Source: an uncultured Ignavibacteria bacterium (lineage in GTDB: Bacteria; Zixibacteria; MSB-5A5; JAABVY01). Taken from it: a stretch of DNA of 64,000 nt. The stretch is taken from NCBI GenBank assembly GCA_964496505.1, contig CAZBZV010000008.1:14328-78327 (forward strand). Direction: 5' to 3'. Position 1 is the stretch's first letter. Every line of letters starts with the position of its first letter. Shown here piece after piece: positions 46,446-54,855 of the stretch. Below the pieces are notes generated by a model that saw only the letters and a list, made by a program, of their open reading frames with translations, was not told the origin of the DNA and did no database searches. The translations under genes and the position numbers were made by a program.

Positions 46446-48379
46446 AGCGGACATTGATTTTTATGACGGTTACTCTTGCATTCGCATTCCTTTTCCAGAA
46501 TGCAATTGCACAGGAATCAATCGACGGAAGATATAATATTGCCGAGCTCATGGATTCGGCACGCGCTAACTTCGATCTTGAACAGCAGGATGGTGTCTTT
46601 CTTCTGGATAGCAAGGATGTAAAATGGCTGGAGGATGGCAGGCTGTCGACTACAGTGCATCGGATTATCTGGATCGCAACCGACTTTGCGGTAGATCAAT
46701 ACGGCGACCATCGTATCCCCTATGATCATGAACGCCAGGATTTCGAGGTTATCACGGTGCGCACATGGATGGACAATCAGTGGTGGGTGACCGGAGAGAC
46801 GGGAATAGTCCCAACTCTGCCGCATGCGCTTAAGAAGGCCTACGATTATACCAATATGCGTGAGATGATGCTTCTGCATAACGGTATTGAGATACCGTGT
46901 ATACTGGAAGTGGCATACACGATCACGGATAAAGAACCATATAGGAAAAATATTGACGGCATGTGGGTATTTCAGAAAGAATTGCCGGTTGTTGTATCGT
47001 CGATAAGCATGAGAACACCTGAGATCAGGTCTCCAAAGTTTTATCGCCCCCTAAGCCTTCCTTCGCCAAATATTGAGGAAAACGGTGGGCTGAAAACATA
47101 TAGTCATACCTCAGGACCATATGAGGCTATTCCCGATCCATGGAGTCAGCATGATATTTTCTCTGCTCCTCATATTGTCTGGTCAACCTGGGATAGCTGG
47201 AATTCGCTTGGGGAGTATTACGACAGCCTTTTCCAGCAGGTTATGTCCATAGATGATTATCTACAAACAACAGTAGACTCTCTTGCGGATGCCTCTATTA
47301 ACAGGCAAAAATGTGCAGTTGAGATTGCCAGTTTTGTTTCTAAGAAAACCGGCTTTATATCCTATCCATATCGATATTGGATGTATTTCCCACGCGAGAC
47401 TGTGAGGATTTATGAAAGCGCTTACGGCCATGCTCTGGATCGGGCGTTACTGGCATCGGCGCTTTTCGAATTAGCTGATCTTGAACCGAAGATGATTCTG
47501 CGCGGAGAGAATCTACAAGATGCCTACCTGGAAATTCCCTGTTTTGACTATTTTGATGCGCCCTTGATAAAAATCGCAGCCGACGGCAGCGAAATGTATT
47601 ATAATCCTGTCAACGGCATGATTTCAAAGAGCATTCAGCCCTATTTCGGTCAAACAGGATTTTATCTTACAGATAATCGGGGCAGACCGATTCAAAAATT
47701 CGAATTCCCTGAGGAAGAAAATCTTTTCACATTGAAGGTAGACCTTTCTTTGAATGATACTAAAGACACTTTAAACGGCATAGCCTATCTTGAAGCCGAA
47801 GGATGCTTCAGCCCATACAGCCAGATGGCCGGACTCGATAAAGAAGCGGAAAGCTACCTTGGCTCAATGATATCGGGGGTAATATCGGGGGCCAAGCTGA
47901 AAAGCCATAATCCCATTCACTTCAGGGAAGGTCGATGCAGAATGGGAATGAATTTCGAATTGAAGACTCCAAAGCCGGATGAATTCGGTCATATAAGGCT
48001 GGTGTTTGGCAGCCCGTCAGGGGGAATAGTGGATCAGCTCCCTGAAGGTGTAAGGCTTTTTGATAACGTAAAACAATCGAAAACAAATCTGCCGGGTACC
48101 CTTATTCAAACGGTCGAGATCAGTATCGATACCTCCGGTATGCAGGCAGTCTATTTTCCCGAATCAGAGAGCATACAAAATGAAGTCGGAAGCATCTCAA
48201 TTATATCAGAGAATGCCAAAGACAGAATCAGGATCATAAGAAGAATGCATCTTACAAACAATGAAGTCGCTTCTTCACAATGGCCTGATCTTCGCGAATT
48301 ATTATTGGAGGAAACAGATAGGAGGAATCAGATGTTTATATTCGAAGCAGGAGAGGAATCAGACAAAAAGGGAGATTGA
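46442..48379 (+). CDS. exported DUF3857/transglutaminase-like paralogue with the catalytic triad substituted
   Basis: Signal peptide and the same overall length and architecture. The core aligns as YGHALDRALLASALFELADL ... FDAPLIKI ... MYYNPV, so C, H and D are replaced by A, A and N in my by-eye alignment. The ATG overlaps the upstream stop (ATGA). Confidence 0.55.
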   Translation: MKRTLIFMTVTLAFAFLFQNAIAQESIDGRYNIAELMDSARANFDLEQQDGVFLLDSKDVKWLEDGRLSTTVHRIIWIATDFAVDQYGDHRIPYDHERQDFEVITVRTWMDNQWWVTGETGIVPTLPHALKKAYDYTNMREMMLLHNGIEIPCILEVAYTITDKEPYRKNIDGMWVFQKELPVVVSSISMRTPEIRSPKFYRPLSLPSPNIEENGGLKTYSHTSGPYEAIPDPWSQHDIFSAPHIVWSTWDSWNSLGEYYDSLFQQVMSIDDYLQTTVDSLADASINRQKCAVEIASFVSKKTGFISYPYRYWMYFPRETVRIYESAYGHALDRALLASALFELADLEPKMILRGENLQDAYLEIPCFDYFDAPLIKIAADGSEMYYNPVNGMISKSIQPYFGQTGFYLTDNRGRPIQKFEFPEEENLFTLKVDLSLNDTKDTLNGIAYLEAEGCFSPYSQMAGLDKEAESYLGSMISGVISGAKLKSHNPIHFREGRCRMGMNFELKTPKPDEFGHIRLVFGSPSGGIVDQLPEGVRLFDNVKQSKTNLPGTLIQTVEISIDTSGMQAVYFPESESIQNEVGSISIISENAKDRIRIIRRMHLTNNEVASSQWPDLRELLLEETDRRNQMFIFEAGEESDKKGD

Positions 48380-49659
48380 TTTTGCACAGACTCATCACTC
48401 TCGGATTGATTTTGTTATTGCTGGCCGGATGCGGGGGCGGCTCTGAAGATGAGGATAAACAGATTGTTTTCGCAGTCGGCGGAGCGCCCTCGGAGATCGA
48501 CTTCTGGGAAGCGTTAATTGATGAGTTCAGCACGGAATATCAGATCGATGTCAGCATAGTCCGTCAGCCGACCGACACCGACCAGCGCCGTCAGGGACTG
48601 GTGGTATCTCTTAAGGCGCGGGATAATGATCCTGATGTTTTCCTGATGGATGTAGCCTGGCTGGCGCAGATTGCAGCCTCGGGATGGCTTGAGCCTTTAA
48701 ATACAGAAACCGACAGCATTGAAACGGAAGCATTCTTCGAAAATATCCTCAACCTTGCTGACAGATACGACGGAAAGCTGATGGCTCTGCCGGTCTATGT
48801 CGACGGCGGTGTTTTATACTACCGCAGGGATCTTCTGGAGAAGATTGGAGTGAAAAATCCGCCTGACACCTGGCAGGAGCTGATTGAATACTCCCAAGAA
48901 GTTCAGGATATAAAGCGTGAGGAGAATCCCGACTTTTATGGCTTTGTGTGGCAAGGGGCGCAGTATGAGGGACTGATCTGCAATTTCCTGGAACTCGCGG
49001 CCTCGAACAACGGCGGATTTATTTTCGAGGGTGACAGCCTGAAACTGAATATACCAGAGAATGTGGAAGCGCTGAAGACGATGCATGATATAATTCATGA
49101 ATATAAAATATCTCCACCGAATACCTACACGGAGTTTACCGAGGAGGAGGTCAGGCTTTTCTTCCAGAATGGCAATGCGCTTTTCGAGCGCAATTGGCCC
49201 TATGCCTGGAACCTGCATCAAAGCCCGAAATCGCCTGTGAAGGATAAGATCGGAATAGATGTTCTTCCGCATTTCGAGGGCGGACAGAGCATTTCGACAT
49301 TGGGAGGATGGCATATTGGAATCTCGATCTATTCTAACGTCAAAGAAGAGGCGCGGCAGTTTGTAGAATATGTGACCTCATACGAAACGCAGAAGAAGCT
49401 CGCCTTAAACCTGGGATGGAATCCGGGACGCAAGGATGTCTATTCCGATTCCGAAGTGCTGGAGCAACTGCCGCATTTTGCGGAGTTGAGAGATGTTTTT
49501 GAAAATGCTTATCCCCGTCCTACCCGGCCGTATTATTCGCAGATGTCTGCGATCTTGCAGAAACACCTTAATTCAGCTCTCGCGGGTGAGATTGGCCCGG
49601 AAGATGCGCTCGACGCGGCTGAAACGGAGATTCAGGATATCATAAACCGATACAGGTAA
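48376..49659 (+). CDS. sugar ABC transporter substrate-binding lipoprotein (family 1, trehalose/maltose-like)
   Basis: Lipobox LLLLAGCGGGS. DVFLMDVAWLAQ, ALPVYVDGGVLYYRRDLL and GGWHIGI motifs of carbohydrate SBPs. The start is TTG at 48376 or 48382 (uncertain), after AAAAGGGAG. Confidence 0.8.
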   Translation: MILHRLITLGLILLLLAGCGGGSEDEDKQIVFAVGGAPSEIDFWEALIDEFSTEYQIDVSIVRQPTDTDQRRQGLVVSLKARDNDPDVFLMDVAWLAQIAASGWLEPLNTETDSIETEAFFENILNLADRYDGKLMALPVYVDGGVLYYRRDLLEKIGVKNPPDTWQELIEYSQEVQDIKREENPDFYGFVWQGAQYEGLICNFLELAASNNGGFIFEGDSLKLNIPENVEALKTMHDIIHEYKISPPNTYTEFTEEEVRLFFQNGNALFERNWPYAWNLHQSPKSPVKDKIGIDVLPHFEGGQSISTLGGWHIGISIYSNVKEEARQFVEYVTSYETQKKLALNLGWNPGRKDVYSDSEVLEQLPHFAELRDVFENAYPRPTRPYYSQMSAILQKHLNSALAGEIGPEDALDAAETEIQDIINRYR

Positions 49660-49670
49660 TAAGTAATTTG

Positions 49671-50552
49671 ATGAAAAGGATTTTTTCCAAAGATATACTG
49701 AAATCATACGCATTCCTGATACCATTTGCATTTTTTATCATAGCATTCATACTGATACCGGTAGTTGGGACATTTATCAACAGCTTCTACCAGGATGTCA
49801 CCTTCAAAGCCAGAGAATTCATCCAATTCGAAAATTATACCAGCCTCTTTCAGGATTCGGGATTCTGGCAGTCGCTCAGGTTTTCGCTTTTGTTTATTCT
49901 GGTCTCGGTGCCGTTCGAGCTCGTACTGGGAATGATCTTCGCTCTGCTTTTGAACCAGATCAGAAAACTCCGGGGCCTGATCTGGGCAGCTGTGCTAATA
50001 CCCTGGGCAATACCCTCGGCAATCTCGGCCCGGACATGGGAGCTGATATATAACTATAATTACGGCCTGGCGAACTATGTCCTGTCGGAAATCGGAATCA
50101 CCCAGGAGCCGGTCAACTGGCTGGGAACAAGTATGGGCGCATTTATCTCGGTCGTGATTGCCGATGCCTGGAAAACCGCTCCCTTTATAACGATAATTCT
50201 GTTGGCCGGTCTGCAGGGGATACCTGACGATCTTTACCGTCAGTCACGAGTTGACGGCGCGAACTTCGTGCAGGGCTTTCGCAAGATCACCCTCCCCCTT
50301 TTGAAGCCGGTAATAGTAGTGGCCCTGCTTTTCAGGACTATTGATGCACTGCGGGTATTCGATGTGATCTATGTCTTAACAGGCGGAGGACCGGGCGGGG
50401 CGACCACCTCGCTTTCGATATTCGGCTATAGCTATTATATCAACGGGGATTTCGGTTATGGTTCGGCGGTGTCGGTCGTGCTCTTTGTAATAGCGTTCGG
50501 CCTTTCGGTTTTATATGTCAAAACGAGCAGGTTTGAGGCGGGGATTCGATGA
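49671..50552 (+). CDS. sugar ABC transporter permease (MalF/ThuF-like)
   Basis: 6 TM helices. The EAA loop is RQSRVDGANFVQGFRKITLPLLKP. The ATG at 49671 is preferred over the TTG at 49668. Confidence 0.85.
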   Translation: MKRIFSKDILKSYAFLIPFAFFIIAFILIPVVGTFINSFYQDVTFKAREFIQFENYTSLFQDSGFWQSLRFSLLFILVSVPFELVLGMIFALLLNQIRKLRGLIWAAVLIPWAIPSAISARTWELIYNYNYGLANYVLSEIGITQEPVNWLGTSMGAFISVVIADAWKTAPFITIILLAGLQGIPDDLYRQSRVDGANFVQGFRKITLPLLKPVIVVALLFRTIDALRVFDVIYVLTGGGPGGATTSLSIFGYSYYINGDFGYGSAVSVVLFVIAFGLSVLYVKTSRFEAGIR

Positions 50553-51379
50553 GAGAAGAGACGGTCAAAACTATTATGATAGCTGCGGGCATGGTTCTGA
50601 TGCTTTCGTTCTGCCTGGCGCCCTTTCTCTTTATGATCATAACCAGCCTGAGCAAGAATCCGGAATTCCTTTCCCCTGCCGCCGATTTCAAATTGACGCT
50701 CGAGAATTACAGCTCTGTCATATTCAAAGAATCACTGCATTTCATCGATTATCTGCGCAACAGCGTAATCATCTCGGGAGTGTCGGCGGTGGTCGGTGTT
50801 CTGACGGCCGCGATTGCGGCATTTGCGATCACGCGCCTGAAACTGCCGGGCAAGATGCTGTTACTGTTTTTTGCATTGGCGGTATCGATGTTTCCGCAGA
50901 TCAGCATTGTGGGATATCTTTTCAAGCTGATGACCTGGATGGGCTGGATCAACACATACTTCGCATTGGCATTACCCTATGTAGCCTGGGTGCTGCCTTT
51001 ATCTCTATGGATTCTGACCAGCTATTTCTCACAAATTCCCAAAGAGCTCGACAGGGCTGCTTATGTTGACGGCTGTTCGAGGCTGAAAGTGCTGACTAAA
51101 ATAATCATGCCGGTGGCGATGCCCGCTGTGCTGTCGACTATGCTTCTGGCATTTATATTCGCCTTTAACGAATTTATGTTTGCGCTGATTCTGACTTCTG
51201 ACCATCATGCCCGCACAGTCCCGGTCGGCATAGCCCTGTTTCAGGGACTGCACGGGGAGATACCCTGGGGCGATATTATGGCTGCTTCTGCGGTTACCAC
51301 GTTGCCTGTGGTGATTTTGACCATTATATTCCAGAGAAGGATAATCGCCGGACTTACTAGAGGAGCGGTAAAAGGATGA
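50549..51379 (+). CDS. sugar ABC transporter permease (MalG/ThuG-like)
   Basis: 6 TM helices. The EAA loop is DRAAYVDGCSRLKVLTKIIMPVAMP. It overlaps the upstream stop. Confidence 0.85.
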   Translation: MREETVKTIMIAAGMVLMLSFCLAPFLFMIITSLSKNPEFLSPAADFKLTLENYSSVIFKESLHFIDYLRNSVIISGVSAVVGVLTAAIAAFAITRLKLPGKMLLLFFALAVSMFPQISIVGYLFKLMTWMGWINTYFALALPYVAWVLPLSLWILTSYFSQIPKELDRAAYVDGCSRLKVLTKIIMPVAMPAVLSTMLLAFIFAFNEFMFALILTSDHHARTVPVGIALFQGLHGEIPWGDIMAASAVTTLPVVILTIIFQRRIIAGLTRGAVKG

Positions 51380-52470
51380 GGCTGGAGCTTAAAGAGCTTT
51401 CAAAAAAATTCAAGTCTATGCGGGGCGAGGTCGAGGCCGTTAAAAATATCAGCCTGACTGTGGAAGACAGGGAGTTCTTCGTATTGCTCGGGCCCAGCGG
51501 ATGCGGGAAATCGACTCTCCTTAATCTGGTGGCGGGTCTTGAAAAACCCACCACAGGTGAAATCAAATTCGGCTCGAAAACCATGGCCGATGTCGATAAA
51601 AACATATTCAAATCCCCTCGGGAACGAAATGTGGCAATGGTGTTCCAAAACTACGCGCTCTACCCGCATCTGAAAGTCTATGACAATATCGCCTTCCCGC
51701 TTAAGATCGAGAAAAAAGATAAATCTGAAATAGACAACGCTGTCAGGAAGGCGGCAGATATTCTGAATATAACCGCTTTGCTCGATGACAAGCCTTCTGA
51801 ACTTTCCGGAGGTCAGCGGCAGCGTGTGGCCATAGCGCGGGCAATCGTACGCGAACCCAATATCTTTCTTCTGGACGAGCCGCTCTCGAATCTTGACGCG
51901 CAGCTTCGGATGTCGATGCGTACCGAGCTTAAGAATCTTCAACGTCGTCTGGAAATAACCGCGCTCTATGTGACTCATGATCAAACTGAGGCAATGACAT
52001 TGGGTGACAGAGTGGCGATACTTAATGAGGGCAGGATCGAACAGGTCGGGACACCGCTGGAATTGTACGACAAGCCTGCAAACATTTTCGTGGCACAGTT
52101 TCTGGGATCAACTCCAATAAATATTTTCGATACGACATTGATCGAAAAGAACGGCCGATTATTCCTCCAAATCTCAGGCAGCAATATTGAACTGCCCGAG
52201 AGTAAAATAGAGAAGGCAAAAAAGCCTGGCCCCGGGAAAGCAGTCTTGGGCATTAGACCTGAGGATGTAAAGCCGGTTGAGAGAGATGAGCCCTCTCACA
52301 TCGAAGGTGAGATCAGGGAAATCGAGCTTTTGGGAAGGGAGACACTGCTTCATGTACTTGTGAATGATATCCTTATCAGAGCGCTTTCGGATTCTCCCAA
52401 CTGGCAAATCGGAGGGAAAATAAACCTTCAATTCAATATGGACAAAGCACACCTTTTCCCGATTTTATAA
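51376..52470 (+). CDS. sugar ABC transporter ATP-binding protein (MalK/UgpC-like, with a C-terminal TOBE-type regulatory domain)
   Basis: GPSGCGKST, LSGGQRQRVAIARA, FLLDEPLSNLDA and VTHDQTEA motifs, plus a C-terminal beta-domain of about 120 aa. Confidence 0.9.
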   Translation: MRLELKELSKKFKSMRGEVEAVKNISLTVEDREFFVLLGPSGCGKSTLLNLVAGLEKPTTGEIKFGSKTMADVDKNIFKSPRERNVAMVFQNYALYPHLKVYDNIAFPLKIEKKDKSEIDNAVRKAADILNITALLDDKPSELSGGQRQRVAIARAIVREPNIFLLDEPLSNLDAQLRMSMRTELKNLQRRLEITALYVTHDQTEAMTLGDRVAILNEGRIEQVGTPLELYDKPANIFVAQFLGSTPINIFDTTLIEKNGRLFLQISGSNIELPESKIEKAKKPGPGKAVLGIRPEDVKPVERDEPSHIEGEIREIELLGRETLLHVLVNDILIRALSDSPNWQIGGKINLQFNMDKAHLFPIL

Positions 52471-52732
52471 GCAGATATTTCATTAAAATTAATCCATTTA
52501 CACCGTATCTCGGGCAAATTCGGCTAAATTATTCTGCGTATTTATGAAACGAATAATGGCCAGGACATATAATAAACTTGAGTTAACGATAATATAGACA
52601 CTGGAAATTGCCGGTAGATATATAAAAATGGGCCAATGACAGCCCTTTAAAAAACTGACCATAAATTTCCACGATTATACTGATTAGTAAGAGGTTGATT
52701 GGGGATAAGCCCCGTTATAAAGGGTAACCATT

Positions 52733-53755
52733 ATGGAAGCAGCAGAAAAAAACCAACTGAAATTGAATGTCTTATTTTACAATATTCATCTTTTCGGCAG
52801 CGCTCTGCCCGGTGCGGATTTCATCATGAGGCATATTTACGGTAGTCCATTACTTTATGAGGATGAGGCCAGGGCCAGGATTGCCGCCAGAAAGATCAAT
52901 AAGCTGGGAAAAATGGAAGACGGTTGCGATATTGTCGGGCTGTGTGAATTGTGGGATGATGAGATGGCCGATCGGATTCGCCTGCAAATCCAGGGCACTT
53001 TTCCCTACTGCTATCGCCCGGCCAATAAATCCAGAATGAAATATGCTGTTGGATCAGGGCTGACACTTTTCAGCAAATATCCTATCAGGGATTTGGATTT
53101 CATACCGTTTAATACCCAGGCCAATATAATCGAAAAGAACTGCCAGAAGGGCATCCTGAAAGCTGTTGTCGAAATCAACGACAACTTTCCGGTCTCAGTT
53201 TTGCTATCGCATTTCCAGGCCGGCCAGCGCCGAAAGGAGCGTAAGGTACGCCTTGGGCAATTAAAGGAGATAGGAATAATCCTGGAGGAGATTCGCGGCG
53301 GACAGTACAAAAAGGCTCCAATCATTTTGATGGCTGATTTCAATATTATCGCTGAAGATGAAAGAGGAAACATGCGCGATGAGTATATTGCCATGAATCG
53401 TATCCTGCGATTGAAGGATGTTTTCAGGGCAAAGTTCGAATCTGCAATCGGCAACCCCGGATATACTTCGGACGGCAGCCAGAACAGCCTGTTGAATATC
53501 TTCCATCGAAACACCCAAAAGCGCAAACGTATTGATTTCATCTTCTCCAATAATTACCGTCAGATGAGCATCGAGAATTGCATTGTGGACCAGTTCAGGA
53601 CCAACAATCCGGTCGGAAACGGCACGAAAAAAGTAAGGCGTCCAATTCATCATCTCTCAGACCACTTCGCGGTGCAGGCAAACTTTGTATTCGCGCCCAG
53701 CTATACAGAGAACAGCCCTGACAACAAATACAGCGGTCACAATTCCACAAATTAA
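52733..53755 (+). CDS. endonuclease/exonuclease/phosphatase (EEP) family protein, sphingomyelinase/phosphodiesterase-like; no signal peptide seen
   Basis: 340 aa. FYNIHLF near the N-terminus, GLCELWD, ILMADFN, RIDFIF and the terminal LSDHFAV motif fit the EEP catalytic signature order. Confidence 0.65.
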   Translation: MEAAEKNQLKLNVLFYNIHLFGSALPGADFIMRHIYGSPLLYEDEARARIAARKINKLGKMEDGCDIVGLCELWDDEMADRIRLQIQGTFPYCYRPANKSRMKYAVGSGLTLFSKYPIRDLDFIPFNTQANIIEKNCQKGILKAVVEINDNFPVSVLLSHFQAGQRRKERKVRLGQLKEIGIILEEIRGGQYKKAPIILMADFNIIAEDERGNMRDEYIAMNRILRLKDVFRAKFESAIGNPGYTSDGSQNSLLNIFHRNTQKRKRIDFIFSNNYRQMSIENCIVDQFRTNNPVGNGTKKVRRPIHHLSDHFAVQANFVFAPSYTENSPDNKYSGHNSTN

Positions 53756-53792
53756 GAATAAAAAAGCGCGTGAATTGAATTATCTGTGGTTT

Positions 53793-54740
53793 TTAGCAGT
53801 CCGGTATGCCATCATTGTCAATATGACACGGCGCATATCCATCCTGGAAGATATAAAGGATTAGCCAAACCGCATCGGTAATGTTAACGAAACCATCGCA
53901 ATTGATCTCTGCAGATAAGAGAGGATACGGCGAGGGGGCACCGGTAATAAATATATAATTTACAATCCAGACAACATCAGTGACATTAATTTCATTATCG
54001 GCATTGGCATCCCCGCATCTATACATAATCCTAAAAGCATCCTGTGCGGAGACAGAAAACTGGCTGACCAGGTCATTGATCCACACATCCCAATACTCAA
54101 AGGAAGCATCGGGCGGGATTGTAAACGATGCGCTGAGCAATTCAGAGGAATATACATTTATGCCATAACCGGAAATAGTGGAGCTTCCCTGTGTAAACCA
54201 AACCGCGGTTGAGCTGGCCTGCCCGAACTGAGTATGCTGTCCGGTTATGGTCACCAGAAGAGACTCATTGCGGTAAGCGCTGTCGGGATCGACGGATATT
54301 ATCATGGGATAGGGGACCAAAATACTAAAAGCCTCGGGAAGGGATAAAACCGGATCATAATCATCATCAACATATAAATCCCAATATCCGGCTGAAGCAT
54401 CGGATGGTATACTGAAATGGGCGTTCAGGCTGGTAGCAGATGTCGGATAGGATGAACCGGCATAAATGGTGGAACTGCCCTGGACAAACCACACAATGGA
54501 ACTGCTGGACTGGCTGAAATGAGTTCCGCTGCCGGTGATCGTCACCCAGAGGTTATCCCCCTGGTAAGCGCTGTCCGGCTCGATTGAGTTAAGGGATTGT
54601 GCAAAAACAGTATTCGATGCGAAAAAAAGACAAGTAGCCAGAATTAAGCTGATGATGATAGTTTTGCTGTTTTGTTTTAACATACTTTTTACAACCGGTG
54701 TGGCCGTTTCCTCTACTGACAAGTTAAGCATGTTTGTCAT
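53793..54740 (-). CDS. secreted protein with two IPT/TIG-like duplicated domains and a C-terminal dockerin-like double EF-hand module
   Basis: The internal duplication is IEPDSAYQGDNLWVTITGSGTHFSQ... / VDPDSAYRNESLLVTITGQHTQFGQ... The C-terminus reads CGDANADNEINVTDVVWIVNYIF...EINCDGFVNITDAVWLILYIF. The likely true start is Met20 (54683), which begins a clean signal peptide. Confidence 0.6.
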   Translation of the reverse strand: MTNMLNLSVEETATPVVKSMLKQNSKTIIISLILATCLFFASNTVFAQSLNSIEPDSAYQGDNLWVTITGSGTHFSQSSSSIVWFVQGSSTIYAGSSYPTSATSLNAHFSIPSDASAGYWDLYVDDDYDPVLSLPEAFSILVPYPMIISVDPDSAYRNESLLVTITGQHTQFGQASSTAVWFTQGSSTISGYGINVYSSELLSASFTIPPDASFEYWDVWINDLVSQFSVSAQDAFRIMYRCGDANADNEINVTDVVWIVNYIFITGAPSPYPLLSAEINCDGFVNITDAVWLILYIFQDGYAPCHIDNDGIPDC

Positions 54741-54855
54741 TTGGTCAAGTTAAATATGACATCGGCATAGATATTTCTTTTCAGTTTCCATAAATATATT
54801 ATCATTTATTCATTACTGGGAAATTGATAGTAAAACTGCACAGCAAGCGAATAAT

